From: Thermodesulfobacteriota bacterium
Lineage (GTDB): Bacteria > Desulfobacterota_D > UBA1144 > Nemesobacterales > UBA2774
Direction: 5' to 3'
Assembly: GCA_965223335.1 (NCBI GenBank)
Contig: OZ244991.1
Span: 672,001-736,000 of the forward strand
Length of the DNA stretch: 64,000 nucleotides
The notes beneath the pieces were generated by a model. It ran no database searches. It was not told where the DNA came from and saw only the letters and a program-made list of their open reading frames with translations. Each line of letters begins with the position of its first letter. Within the stretch, counting starts at the first letter, position 1. Made by a program: the position numbers and the translations under genes. This document shows positions 22,860-33,525 of the stretch, in pieces.

Positions 22860-24605
22860 TTATGAGCGTGAATATAGGTTGGTTATAGGGAAGCGCCGGT
22901 CCTTGCCGAACGCCCTGGCCGTGATCTTAACACCCGGGGGAGCCTGTCTGCGCTTATACTCGTTTAGATCCACCATCCTGACAACATCGTTTACTATTTT
23001 CTTATCATACCCCGCAGATATGATTTCCTGGAGGCTAAGGTCGTCTTCTACATAGGCCTTCAAAATAGGGTCTAGGATCTCATAAGGCGGCAGCGAATCG
23101 GTGTCTTTTTGATCGGGTCTAAGCTCCGCAGACGGGGGCTTATCGATGATCGACTGAGGGATAATTTTTTTGCCTTTAGAATCGTTATAGAAATTACAGA
23201 GCTCGTATACCATCGTTTTCGGCACATCTTTTATTACCGCATACCCCCCAGCGAGGTCGCCATAAAGCGTGCAATAACCTACACTTAGCTCGCTCTTGTT
23301 CCCCGTAGCAAGTACAAGCCACCCAAAACGGTTTGAGAGCGCCATCAACAGATTGCCGCGTATCCTGGCCTGCAGGTTTTCCTCTGTCAGCCCATCCACA
23401 TCTATCAATGTTTTATTATCGAAAGCCTTTAAATAAGAGGCTAGAATGGTACTGATCGGAAGCTCGATCAGCTCTATACCAAGATTTTTTGATAAGAGCA
23501 CAGCATCGGTCTTGCTTCCTTTAGAGCTGTATGGTGAGGGCATCGAGACCCCAATAACGTTACGCTTCCCCAGTGCCTCGACCGCGATTGCAGCCACAAG
23601 TGCCGAGTCAATACCCCCGCTAAGTCCTATCACTACCTTTTTAAACCCGTTTTTACCTACATAGTCCCTTGTAGCCAATACCAGCGCATCCAAAACCTCC
23701 TGCTCCAATGACTTAAAGGGTGTTATGCTTGCCGGTTTCTTGATTTTTGGAGGTTTAGCCTTCTTGGTGAGTTTGGGCAGAGCAATAATTTCGGCATTCC
23801 CGTATTTTTGACGGAGCTCTTGTTTTTCCTTCCTTCGTCTAGGGTCATGGAGCCTAGACCTAAATATGCGGTTGGTAGTGATTTCACAAACCAAAAGCTC
23901 CTCGGCAAACCCCGAGGCCCGCGCCAATATAGTGCCCCGCTCACTTATCACGGCACTGTGGCCGTCAAATACGAGTTCATCCTGCCCCCCTACCGTATTA
24001 CAGAACACCACTATTGAGGAATAATCCTTTGCTCTGGTCTTAAGCATCCGCTCCCGGGACTGTACCTTGGAGGCATAATAAGGTGATGACGACACGTTAA
24101 TTATGATATGGGCATCACCCAACACGGCCTGCATACGTGTGGGATCGCCGGGGTACCATATGTCTTCACAAATATTTAGGCCGAATATCAGATTGCCGAT
24201 CTTGTATACCGGGGTCCTAAACCCTGATTGAAAATACCTGTTTTCGTCAAATACCCCATAGTTAGGCAGGTATTGCTTATGATATATATCGACCAGTTTC
24301 TTGTTGTGCAGCACTGCGGCAGCGTTATAAATATCCTCTTTCTTATTGGCAAACCCCACAATGACCGTTATGCCAGCGGTGGCCTTTTGGATCTGTTTGA
24401 GTGCCTTAATGTTGTCTTCAATGAATTTGGGTTTAAGCAGCAGGTCTTCCGGGGGGTAGCCCGTTATGGCAAGCTCGGGGAAACAGAGTATATCCACACC
24501 CTTAGCCCTCGCCTCCTTTATATAGCGGGTGATCTTAGACAGATTCCCCCCTATATCCCCAACACAGCTATTAATTTGTGCTAGCCCAACTCGGACCTTA
24601 TCCAT
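22860..24605 (-). CDS. nadE: Glutamine-dependent NAD+ synthetase
   Basis: Nitrilase domain (FPEL..TGYPPEDLL, K..LPNYGVFDE.RYF, ICEDIW) plus GLSGGIDSA, ENLQAR.RG, TGNKSE, PPSAELRPDQ.D. Confidence 0.97.
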   Translation of the reverse strand: MDKVRVGLAQINSCVGDIGGNLSKITRYIKEARAKGVDILCFPELAITGYPPEDLLLKPKFIEDNIKALKQIQKATAGITVIVGFANKKEDIYNAAAVLHNKKLVDIYHKQYLPNYGVFDENRYFQSGFRTPVYKIGNLIFGLNICEDIWYPGDPTRMQAVLGDAHIIINVSSSPYYASKVQSRERMLKTRAKDYSSIVVFCNTVGGQDELVFDGHSAVISERGTILARASGFAEELLVCEITTNRIFRSRLHDPRRRKEKQELRQKYGNAEIIALPKLTKKAKPPKIKKPASITPFKSLEQEVLDALVLATRDYVGKNGFKKVVIGLSGGIDSALVAAIAVEALGKRNVIGVSMPSPYSSKGSKTDAVLLSKNLGIELIELPISTILASYLKAFDNKTLIDVDGLTEENLQARIRGNLLMALSNRFGWLVLATGNKSELSVGYCTLYGDLAGGYAVIKDVPKTMVYELCNFYNDSKGKKIIPQSIIDKPPSAELRPDQKDTDSLPPYEILDPILKAYVEDDLSLQEIISAGYDKKIVNDVVRMVDLNEYKRRQAPPGVKITARAFGKDRRFPITNLYSRS

Positions 24606-24718
24606 ATCATAAACCTCTTTAAAGACAATAATAATACTTTAACAGTTGTTACGCTATAGTAAAAATTTATTATTAATAAAGGGTTAACTATAGATCGAGA
24701 GATTCTAATAAAGTCCAA

Positions 24719-25369
24719 TCAAGACAGATAGGTCGAAATATGCACAATATTGGCCAGAAAATGGAATATGATGCTCGACCAGAGCGATCTTGTGCGAAGG
24801 TATAGATATCCCATTACAAGGGACGGAAAAAATGTTAAAAGGCTCTGCACGCATAGCCCCATATCGTGCGAGCCCCAAAGACACACGGTAATAAAATGCC
24901 CTATTGCAAAGAGCACGCTTACTATGACCACAGCCTTTATGTTGTCGCCTAATCTACTCTGCAGATAACCCCTGAAAAAAAACTCCTCGGGCAGCGCTAC
25001 CAGCAATAACTGAGTCAACAGAAAGGACAACGATAAACTATTAATTGAGATGGACTTATCCGTGTATTTACCGATTAATGCCAAGCATGCTAAATATATT
25101 GCCAGGATTACAACCGATGCTACTATGCCTATGACAATACCCCTTGCACTAAACTTAAGCCCTCCAACATCGGCGTGCAATAGATAGGGTATAAGCAGCA
25201 TCAATATCCCCGCAAACGACACCACATAGCCCCAGGGCAGAAACTGTCTCATAGCCACAACGGCAATTATGAGAAACAGATAAGCCCCAACAGGGACTAT
25301 ATACCTTTTGTTAAATATTGATTCAGTCATAGGATAAGTGATAAGGTTAATACAGTATGTACTTCTCAA
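24719..25369 (-). CDS. CPBP (Abi/CAAX type II) glutamic-type intramembrane protease, myxosortase-like
   Basis: LPEEFFFRGYLQ, LFAIGH, TFFPSLVMG, FHFLAN. Multi-TM. True start probably ATG at 25330. Confidence 0.88.
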   Translation of the reverse strand: MRSTYCINLITYPMTESIFNKRYIVPVGAYLFLIIAVVAMRQFLPWGYVVSFAGILMLLIPYLLHADVGGLKFSARGIVIGIVASVVILAIYLACLALIGKYTDKSISINSLSLSFLLTQLLLVALPEEFFFRGYLQSRLGDNIKAVVIVSVLFAIGHFITVCLWGSHDMGLCVQSLLTFFPSLVMGYLYLRTRSLWSSIIFHFLANIVHISTYLS

Positions 25370-26573
25370 ATATATTGATCATCAACACTCCCCATATATT
25401 TACAATAATCCCGATACATATCAAAACCTTGTGATACCACTTAATACTATCCCCGATACCCCTAACAGTCAGAAGCAGTAGAAACGGATAGAAATCCATC
25501 GCATACCTATAACCGAATTGTGTCCATCCCGTCCCGCTCTTAAAGAATATAAGAATAGCTACTGGGATGATCGCTAGCCAGCACGCGATAGCCAACCGGT
25601 TTTTAATGCCGGCGAAAAATGCAAATATGAATGCAGGTGTAGTAAACAGGATCGACAACCCCACTTTTGTCGGCACTATATAAGGGGGTTTGTCTATTAA
25701 CACGGGAGGCTGGACCAAAAACACATAGAGGTGGTACTTGATATACGACAGGTCGAAGAGCCCCTTGTTGAACCAGGGCGAGACCTTTTCCTTACTCTCC
25801 GATATCTGATGCAATGAATAGGCAACATCAAAAGGGCTCCCGAACCGAAAATAGTTATAGCAGAAATTGAGTACTACAAACACCCCCACTCCAAGGCCTA
25901 AATACAGAAGGGGTTTTAATCTTACCCTGCTAATAATCGATCCCTCACCCCCCGAATCGAACCACCTGGGATATAGCATTACTATAAAAAACGGCAGGGT
26001 GAGAACCATAGGGATCCTAGACCAATACGCCGCACCCAGCAATAGCCCTATGACCAGCGGCCTCGCCTTATCGAACGTCTCAAAGATAGCCAGTACAAGA
26101 AAAAACAGCGCTACAATCTGTGCAAAGTACCAAACAGAACCCACAGTAGCAACGTACCAATGTATTGTCCCGAAACCGAACATGGCCGTGATCCAAAGCT
26201 GGATCCATCTGTTTTGTGTGAGCTTGCGCATGAGCAGATACACTGCGGACACAGTAAACCCAGCTACTAGGAACGAAGCCGTTACCTGGCTGTATTCAAG
26301 CCCCCAAATAGCTACAAAAGGCGTTAGTAACACAGCAGGCATCGGGGGGTAGATAACATAATTCTTACCTTGATATGAGATTAACTCCTCAAAGAAAAAC
26401 GGTGTGTCTATAACATAGAGACGCCCATGAATAAATGCATCGGCAAGGTAGATAAAGTAGTTAAACGGGTTTGGAAACTTGGGCTGGGTTAACCAGTAAA
26501 CGAAAAACGAGAGCACAAAAATACCCGAAGCAATGACAAGATGCCTGTTCTCCTCATGAATAAGTCCTTTCAT
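25347..26573 (-). CDS. GT-C-fold membrane glycosyltransferase-like protein (paralog of 27889..29121)
   Basis: About 10 TM segments; LADAF.HGRLY, YPP.PA.LL.P, W.FAQ, FGYRYA.DFYP shared with the paralog. Confidence 0.72.
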   Translation of the reverse strand: MKGLIHEENRHLVIASGIFVLSFFVYWLTQPKFPNPFNYFIYLADAFIHGRLYVIDTPFFFEELISYQGKNYVIYPPMPAVLLTPFVAIWGLEYSQVTASFLVAGFTVSAVYLLMRKLTQNRWIQLWITAMFGFGTIHWYVATVGSVWYFAQIVALFFLVLAIFETFDKARPLVIGLLLGAAYWSRIPMVLTLPFFIVMLYPRWFDSGGEGSIISRVRLKPLLYLGLGVGVFVVLNFCYNYFRFGSPFDVAYSLHQISESKEKVSPWFNKGLFDLSYIKYHLYVFLVQPPVLIDKPPYIVPTKVGLSILFTTPAFIFAFFAGIKNRLAIACWLAIIPVAILIFFKSGTGWTQFGYRYAMDFYPFLLLLTVRGIGDSIKWYHKVLICIGIIVNIWGVLMINIFEKYILY

Positions 26574-26739
26574 AAACGTATCCGGTGTTTATACTCCGAT
26601 CGGTCGCTGTGCTAAAATGTTTATTGAGAGATTTAGTTAATTAATCCCAGCTCCTAAAGCAGTTATTCTACAGTATATGCAGTCGGAGCTCATTAGGTCA
26701 AGAACACAGTTGACTTTGGGCTCTAAGGAATGATAGATT

Positions 26740-27864
26740 ATGGAACCGCGAGAGCATATGGAACCCAGACGAACTCAATTAGAGCTGGCAGTAGTCGTTA
26801 TAGTATCGATTATCGCCACATATATAGTTGCCTATTTCTCATACATACTCATAAAAAATGAATACCCGTCCAGCCTTTACTCGTTTTGGTTACGTTGGGA
26901 CACACAGCACTACCTCGAGATTGCAAAGGAATGGTACTCAAGCTCCACAGTAGACGAGCGTCACCTCCATATTGTATTTTTCCCGCTCTACCCAAGCTTG
27001 GTGAAACTGTTTTCATACATTACAGGGGGCGATTACCTGCTGGCGGGGCTCATTGTGTCCAACATCGCATACGCATTTTGCGCTTACTATATCTATAAAC
27101 TGGTGCGGTTGGACTTTGATGACGATGTAGCATGGAAATCCGTCATATTTCTATCTATCTTTCCCACTGCCTACTTCTTCCATGCGGCTTACACCGAGAG
27201 TTTATTCATCGCGCTAACGATAGCTAGCTTCTACTATGCAAGGGTCGGGAAATGGTGGCTTGTCGGTGTGCTGGCAATGCTTGCCACTCTGACACGCATT
27301 ACAGGTGTGCTTCTGTTCCCCGCACTAGTCATAGAGTATTTGGCTCAAAGGAATTTCAAGCTCAACACTATAAAAAAAGATGTGTTGTGGTTAGGACTCA
27401 TAGGTGTGGGGTTTGGGATCTACCTGCTCATAAACTACGATGTGTATGGTGACCCCCTTGCATTCCTCACTATCCAAAAAGAACACTGGTCCAAGTCCCT
27501 CGGACTCCCGTCAAAGGGCTTCCTCTACGCCTTGGGCAGCATTTCCTGGCGCCCCCCGGGAGACGGACTTTTAGCAGGGGGGTTCGAGATCGGTTTCGCA
27601 GTCCTTGCATTTGCGCTTACTATCTATTCATTTTTTAGATTGAGGCTATCGTACAGTGTATACATGCTTCTTACGCTGATTATTGTTACCTCTACAAAGT
27701 TCTGGCTCAGTATCCCCAGATACACACTGGCAATGTTCCCCATTTTCATACTACTCGCACTCCTGGGACGGCGAAGGGAGATTAACTTCACCATTACCTT
27801 TATCTCGCTACTGCTATACACACTGTTTATCACGAGGCTTGTACAGTGGCAGTGGGCATTTTGA
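26740..27864 (+). CDS. GT-C mannosyltransferase-like protein (PIG-V/Gpi18-like motifs)
   Basis: RWD..HYL.IA..WY, VFFPLYP, YTESLF, TR.TG, S.PRY. Multi-TM. Confidence 0.82.
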   Translation: MEPREHMEPRRTQLELAVVVIVSIIATYIVAYFSYILIKNEYPSSLYSFWLRWDTQHYLEIAKEWYSSSTVDERHLHIVFFPLYPSLVKLFSYITGGDYLLAGLIVSNIAYAFCAYYIYKLVRLDFDDDVAWKSVIFLSIFPTAYFFHAAYTESLFIALTIASFYYARVGKWWLVGVLAMLATLTRITGVLLFPALVIEYLAQRNFKLNTIKKDVLWLGLIGVGFGIYLLINYDVYGDPLAFLTIQKEHWSKSLGLPSKGFLYALGSISWRPPGDGLLAGGFEIGFAVLAFALTIYSFFRLRLSYSVYMLLTLIIVTSTKFWLSIPRYTLAMFPIFILLALLGRRREINFTITFISLLLYTLFITRLVQWQWAF

Positions 27865-27888
27865 TTCTATAGAGAGGGTTCGGGGGAT

Positions 27889-29121
27889 TTAATCCCAGAG
27901 ACTAACGTATCCTAGCTTATTTATCATTATTACACCCCACAAATTAACAAGGATGCCGAATATAATAAGCGCCTTAATATCCCATCTAATTGAATCCGAG
28001 CCCTTTATGCTCTTCTCGATCCCAAGCGCGGTAAGAACGAGTAAAAACGGATAGAAATCCACTGCATAGCGGTATCCAAACATCATCCAGCCCGTACCCC
28101 CGTGCAAAAATGCGACAAGGGCTATGGGAACTATCGCTGCCCAGCACGCAAGCGCCTGCTTATTCCGTATCCCTGCAAACACCGAGTATATAAACGCAGG
28201 GGTCGTAAAGAGTATCGACATGCCCATAAACGAGGGCTGTACATAGGGATACTCTCGCAGAAAAATAGGCGGCTTTAGAAAAAATACCCAGAGGTGTTGT
28301 GGAACATAGGATATGTGGAATAAGCCCTTGGGGTACCACCAGGGCTCCCTCTTTGACTGTATCTCATAAGCGATGTCAGAGAATGTATCAAACCTAAGAT
28401 AGTTGTATAAAAAGTTCATAAGAATGAATATCCCCACACCCACTCCGAGCTTTATCAATGGTGAGAGGCGTATCCGTTTTATGAGCGACTGTTCATCACC
28501 CCTATACCACAAATCAGAGAGCATTATTAGGAAAAAGGGCATTGAGAGCACTGTCGGTAGACGGGACCAAAACGAAGCACCTATAAGCAGACCTATTAAT
28601 AGAGGCCTTCGTTTCCCATAGGTCTCAAACACAGCAAGTATTAAAAAGAGAAATGACGAAACCTGTGCAAAGAACCAGGCCTTACCCACGCTGGCCAGGT
28701 ACCAGTATATAGAGCCCAGACCAAACATTACCGCAATCCATATAGGCAGTGCTTTGTGCTTAACGACACGCCTCATTGTTAAGTACACAATTGCCACGCT
28801 CAGGCTTGCCCAGAAAACCGATGCGAGTGTTTGATTGGCCTCCCACCCATGTAATGCGACCTGGGGCAGCAGCAATAGAGCAGGCACGGGCGGGTATATA
28901 ACAAAATACTTGCCGTTAATCTCAAGAAGCTCGTTTAGCCAATTGGGACCCTCGAGCAAATAAAGGCGGCCGTGTAAAAACGCATCGGCCAGCGGAACAA
29001 AATAGTGATAGGGAGTGGGCTTCCCCTCCCCGGTGAAATAATAGACTACGAACGTTACAACAAAAATGGCAAGTGCAACTAATATATACGGACGATTTTG
29101 AAATACGGCCGGCAGTTTCAT
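27889..29121 (-). CDS. GT-C-fold membrane glycosyltransferase-like protein (paralog of 25347..26573)
   Basis: LADAFLHGRLY, YPPVPALLLLP, FGYRYAVDFYP. Multi-TM. Confidence 0.72.
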   Translation of the reverse strand: MKLPAVFQNRPYILVALAIFVVTFVVYYFTGEGKPTPYHYFVPLADAFLHGRLYLLEGPNWLNELLEINGKYFVIYPPVPALLLLPQVALHGWEANQTLASVFWASLSVAIVYLTMRRVVKHKALPIWIAVMFGLGSIYWYLASVGKAWFFAQVSSFLFLILAVFETYGKRRPLLIGLLIGASFWSRLPTVLSMPFFLIMLSDLWYRGDEQSLIKRIRLSPLIKLGVGVGIFILMNFLYNYLRFDTFSDIAYEIQSKREPWWYPKGLFHISYVPQHLWVFFLKPPIFLREYPYVQPSFMGMSILFTTPAFIYSVFAGIRNKQALACWAAIVPIALVAFLHGGTGWMMFGYRYAVDFYPFLLVLTALGIEKSIKGSDSIRWDIKALIIFGILVNLWGVIMINKLGYVSLWD

Positions 29122-29201
29122 ATGTGTATTGTGTTATACAAGGGTTAATAAAGCACTCAGCACTGGCATTATATCCACGAAGAAACCTAAGTCAACAGGG
29201 C

Positions 29202-30182
29202 TCATCTGTTTTTAGTTTTAGAAGTCTTACGTACAGCGGGGTGGTAGTTTTTAACAAAATAGAGCGGCCTTCTCTTCGTTTCGTCAAACACTCTGCCCAG
29301 GTACTCACCTATGATCCCGATTGTAATAAGCTGCACGCCCCCAATAAATAATATAGCAGCCATGAGTGAGGGGTAGCCTGGCACTGGGTCGCCGAACAAA
29401 ATCTTTTTTACTATCACGACCCCTGCAAAGATGAATGCTACCAGAGCAGTGAATATACCTAGATATGTAGCGATCTTAAGCGGCAGCAAAGAGAACGATG
29501 TGATTGCCTCAATTGCCAGATTCCAGAGGCTTAGGTAATTCCATTTTGTTTTGCCGGAGTATCTTTTGTCTGGGGTGTAGGGTATAGCCTTCTGTGAGAA
29601 GCCTATCCAGGAAAATAGCCCCTTCATGAACCTGTGCTGCTCTCGGATCCGTAGCAAGGCGTCAAGAGCACTACGACTTAGCAACCTGTAGTCACTGGAA
29701 TTATGCGAGATCTCTACCGTCCCCATCTTGCCCAATATGCTGTAGAACATGTTTGTAAAGAACCTTTTTACCGGAGTCTCGTCTTCTCTCGTGGACCTAA
29801 CGGCGTACACGACGTCAACTCCCCCCTCCCAGTTCTCGATTAACTCCGGGATCAGTTCCGGGGGGTGCTGTAGGTCGGCATCTATGGTGATGGTCGCGTC
29901 CCCCTCCGCGTGGTCAAGCCCCGCTGTGAGTGCGATTTCCTTGCCAAAATTTCGGCTGAGCTCTATTATTGCCACTCTAGGGTCTGACTTTTTTAGTAAC
30001 TCAAGCACACCGAGCGTATTGTCGGTGCTGCCGTCATCAACATAAACTACCTCAAAATCATGTTTAACACTGTCAACCACGTCGGTTAGTCGCTTATGCA
30101 ACTCCTCGAGCACATCCTGCTCATTATATGCGGGTATAACGATAGAAATTAGCATTTTCTCTATATTAACATACAGTCCCAA
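29202..30182 (-). CDS. GT2 polyprenol-phosphate glycosyltransferase (GtrB-like)
   Basis: IPAYNE, VDDGSTD, LSRNFGKE.A..AGL, IDADLQHPPE, two C-terminal TMs, GEYLGR...E.K.RP.Y. Confidence 0.92.
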   Translation of the reverse strand: MGLYVNIEKMLISIVIPAYNEQDVLEELHKRLTDVVDSVKHDFEVVYVDDGSTDNTLGVLELLKKSDPRVAIIELSRNFGKEIALTAGLDHAEGDATITIDADLQHPPELIPELIENWEGGVDVVYAVRSTREDETPVKRFFTNMFYSILGKMGTVEISHNSSDYRLLSRSALDALLRIREQHRFMKGLFSWIGFSQKAIPYTPDKRYSGKTKWNYLSLWNLAIEAITSFSLLPLKIATYLGIFTALVAFIFAGVVIVKKILFGDPVPGYPSLMAAILFIGGVQLITIGIIGEYLGRVFDETKRRPLYFVKNYHPAVRKTSKTKNR

Positions 30183-30201
30183 TACCTAGCCGTGCTGTGT
30201 A

Positions 30202-30822
30202 CTAGTTAAACACTAAGTATTTATAACCAAAAAAGTCCCACACCACCATCACGACCAGCGATACCAGAGACCCTATATTTGCCCAAACTATATCCGACAA
30301 TCCCCACATGGGCTCGATCATATTTACCACATAGGTGGCCGTGGCAACCTTAATCGCCAAACCCACCCCGGCAACCATCAGAAATTTTGCAAACTCCTTG
30401 TGGATATCCTTTCGCCCCCTGCTATCAAAGGTCCAGAACTTGTTCCACAGGTAACTGTTTGTAACCGCAACTAAAAACGCCAGTGCGATAAACACCGAAT
30501 ACATATAGCCCTTTGTTGCCCCGGTTATGAGAATCAGGAGATTAAGCACCCCGAAGTCAATTGCAGTGTTGGATACCCCGATCGGTATAAACTTGCCAAA
30601 CTGAAAGAGTGCCGGATACCTGACACCGAGATGCGAAGCCACATAGACCCAAATGAGAATTAAGACCGGGACTGCGATTAATAAGGCAAAAAGAAGCCAG
30701 AGCGAGCGTCCCGCCTCTACGAGTAGCGGCAGATCGGGACCGATCGTCTTTAGTACCGCGTAGAGAAAGAGCCCCACGATAAGACCAAGGATTATTGATG
30801 CCAACAGATCTGATTTTTTCAT
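30202..30822 (-). CDS. GtrA-family flippase-like membrane protein
   Basis: QF.KF..IG..NT.IDFG.LN.L, NSY.WNK.WTF, W.F.GYK..VF. Confidence 0.88.
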   Translation of the reverse strand: MKKSDLLASIILGLIVGLFLYAVLKTIGPDLPLLVEAGRSLWLLFALLIAVPVLILIWVYVASHLGVRYPALFQFGKFIPIGVSNTAIDFGVLNLLILITGATKGYMYSVFIALAFLVAVTNSYLWNKFWTFDSRGRKDIHKEFAKFLMVAGVGLAIKVATATYVVNMIEPMWGLSDIVWANIGSLVSLVVMVVWDFFGYKYLVFN

Positions 30823-30860
30823 ATTGATGGATCGCCAGAAGCAATATGAACGATTTTAGA

Positions 30861-32168
30861 TTATCGCCAGCTATCTAACCACATGTAATTATCGATTGCC
30901 TGAATGGGAATATGCAATGCGGCAGTGATCGGATAGAAGTACGCATAGGTACCGATAGCCAGCAGCACATATAAAATCACCAATGGCTTACCAAATTTAT
31001 ACCTCTGCCAAAGCTCGTTTAAAAAATAGGCCGCAATTATCAGTATAAAGCCCAATGAGGGCAAGAAGTGATAAAGAAACGTTACCTTCCTTGGCGAAAA
31101 CGCCCACGGCAACCAGTATGCAAATACGCTTACGACTGCAAACCCCAAAGCCACTGTTTCTTTCCTCACAGTCTGCACCACTCCAATCAATAAAAACACA
31201 CAGCCGCTCCACCATATAAACGGGTTGCCAATCCCATAGATATGGGCGTATTTGTTCTGGAAATCCCCCACATACATATAGACCGTCTTTAGCAGTAGAG
31301 GCCATTTCCACCACGCGGATTGATAGGGATGGTCTTCTGTGACCCCCTTATGAAACTGGTACATGTTGTTTTGGAGCTCGAAAAAATCCCCAATCGAGTT
31401 GCCGTGCCAGAAAAACGGTATGTAAGTAACCATATATACAACGAGCGGTATAACCGCAAATGCAACTATCATCCGAGGCGCTATCTTTAAGAGTGCTCCT
31501 ACAAATGGGGTGCCATTACTCTTGTCAGAATAAAATTCATAGTAGTAGATAAGACAAAACGCCACAAACCCCAGATACTCCGTTACGTACACCCCGCTCC
31601 ATTTTATGGACATCGCAGCCCCGCAGCATAGACCCGTCAATCCCAAAAACAGGTTCCTTCTAGTCCGAGCGTACTTAACCAGGAAGAGCGATGCCAGCAG
31701 TATGAAGTTGAGCATGAATATATCGATCATCGTGATCCTGCTCAGCACAAAAATAAAGTTCTCAAATGTGTAGAGAATGGCAGCCAAAAGCCCCACACCC
31801 CTGCTGTTGAATAGATTTTTCCCAAGCAGAAATATAAAAAGCGTGCCCAGCCCCCCGAATATGGCCTGAAAAAACCTCCAGCCGAATGTGTTGTCGCCGA
31901 ACAGCATTATCCCAAGAGCACTTAACTCCTTACCCAGCGGGGGGTGAGTCCACTCATAGGCAAAACCCTCGGGGGCCTTGTGCGAGCTCTCCCACCCGGC
32001 TCTATTCCCCTCGGCCATAGCCTGTGCGGTAAATGCGTAATACACCTCGTCAAAGTAATAGATTTCGGGCACTTCGAGGCGGTGTAGTCTTATAAAAAAA
32101 CTAAACACCAAAAGCACAATTAGAATAATCTCGACTTTATAATTTTTTATATAGGTGAGCTCGGGCAT
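30861..32168 (-). CDS. Protein O-mannosyltransferase-like (PMT/GT39) phospholipid-carrier-dependent glycosyltransferase
   Basis: YFDEVYY, HPPLGK, FGWR, SR..M.D, KWSG, HPYQS.WW.WP, GNP..WW, FLYHFLP. Confidence 0.88.
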   Translation of the reverse strand: MPELTYIKNYKVEIILIVLLVFSFFIRLHRLEVPEIYYFDEVYYAFTAQAMAEGNRAGWESSHKAPEGFAYEWTHPPLGKELSALGIMLFGDNTFGWRFFQAIFGGLGTLFIFLLGKNLFNSRGVGLLAAILYTFENFIFVLSRITMIDIFMLNFILLASLFLVKYARTRRNLFLGLTGLCCGAAMSIKWSGVYVTEYLGFVAFCLIYYYEFYSDKSNGTPFVGALLKIAPRMIVAFAVIPLVVYMVTYIPFFWHGNSIGDFFELQNNMYQFHKGVTEDHPYQSAWWKWPLLLKTVYMYVGDFQNKYAHIYGIGNPFIWWSGCVFLLIGVVQTVRKETVALGFAVVSVFAYWLPWAFSPRKVTFLYHFLPSLGFILIIAAYFLNELWQRYKFGKPLVILYVLLAIGTYAYFYPITAALHIPIQAIDNYMWLDSWR

Positions 32169-32175
32169 AGGTAGG

Positions 32176-33525
32176 TTAGTCCGTAGATAATCTGAATTTG
32201 TGTTTCCCGCCGCTTATAATCCCCACATTCTTTAGATAGTCGTAGAGCAACACAACGAAAATCATAAACAGCATCATAAACATCGTAACCTTCGACACAC
32301 GGTTAATAGTTAACGGAATGCCTGAGTATGAAGTTGTCAGCTGAACGTACGAGTAAAACATGTTGTACACGTAAACCAAGGAGAGAGTAGCATATAAAGC
32401 CCAGTTTATCCAAGAGCTAAACGCGATTATGCTAAGGAATACCAGCGTGGGCAGGAGATGGCGTTCATGAGCGCGTGTGACAAAGAGAAACATTGCAAAA
32501 AAGATTAATGTTATTGCCTGAAAGACTACGTATCTGGTTTCCCTGGAGAACTTAAACCCGCTACGGAATATATATAGTACAAAAGATACGCCGACCAATG
32601 CGTATGCGAGTCCGAAAGCCACAGTGCCCCAATTACGGTAACTTAACCCCGCAAACACCACGTCGTCCCGCTCCCACATTGCCACAGCACCCCAGAAATT
32701 AAACGCGTTTACTGAAGCATACTGATACTGCTCATAAGCCGTATCAAACCTGGCTTTTATGAGTGCTACGGGCTCTGTGAATATACTAAGCGGTGTTACG
32801 AGCTCGCCCCATATATAGGGCAGTGATACGAGTATTGACGTCGAAACCGCAGCGATTAATACCATGGCTACCGGGCGGAAATCACTAGGTCCTATCTTTG
32901 CGGTCGAACCACTAAAGACAGATTTAATTATAGGCAATATAGATAAAAACCCGATTATTGGAAACACTACTATGCTCTGGGGTTTTATCATAAACGCCAG
33001 TGCCGCAAACACCCCCGCTACAAAATACCACCTGCCCAACACAGCTAACACAGCTATCAAAAGAGGGAGCGAATGGACGGAATCCACCTGGCCCCAAAAC
33101 GTTGAGTTCGATAACACCGCGGGGTTAAACAGATAGATCACGGACCATATCAAAGCGTTTCGATACGAACTCATGCAGCTAACGGCATAGAAGATGGCAA
33201 CACAAATGCCTATGTCCGCAAGGTTAGCGGGCAGTTTAAAAAGTATGTCTACGGGTATTAAGGGGACAATCTCGTGTATTTTGTGGAGTCCCCACAAAGC
33301 ATATAGATACCCGGGCATGTAGTCGCACCAATAACTCTTATAGAAGTCGGCGAATCCGCCTTGGGCTATCCACGAGCCCCATCCCCTCCATGTATCGAAA
33401 TCGGGCTGGTATGTAAGGTATTGGGATAAAAATATTCTAAGGGCTAACCCCGCTAGCAATACTACCGCGAGTGTTCCATACGGTCGTTTTGACTCAGCAA
33501 TATTCTCATTCGCCCCTAAGCTCAT
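32176..33525 (-). CDS. GT-C membrane glycosyltransferase (ALG6/PIG-M/GT87-like)
   Basis: DYMPGYLY, KLP..LAD, NPA, WGQVDS, IKPQ, SVNAFNFW, HERH. Multi-TM. Confidence 0.8.
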   Translation of the reverse strand: MSLGANENIAESKRPYGTLAVVLLAGLALRIFLSQYLTYQPDFDTWRGWGSWIAQGGFADFYKSYWCDYMPGYLYALWGLHKIHEIVPLIPVDILFKLPANLADIGICVAIFYAVSCMSSYRNALIWSVIYLFNPAVLSNSTFWGQVDSVHSLPLLIAVLAVLGRWYFVAGVFAALAFMIKPQSIVVFPIIGFLSILPIIKSVFSGSTAKIGPSDFRPVAMVLIAAVSTSILVSLPYIWGELVTPLSIFTEPVALIKARFDTAYEQYQYASVNAFNFWGAVAMWERDDVVFAGLSYRNWGTVAFGLAYALVGVSFVLYIFRSGFKFSRETRYVVFQAITLIFFAMFLFVTRAHERHLLPTLVFLSIIAFSSWINWALYATLSLVYVYNMFYSYVQLTTSYSGIPLTINRVSKVTMFMMLFMIFVVLLYDYLKNVGIISGGKHKFRLSTD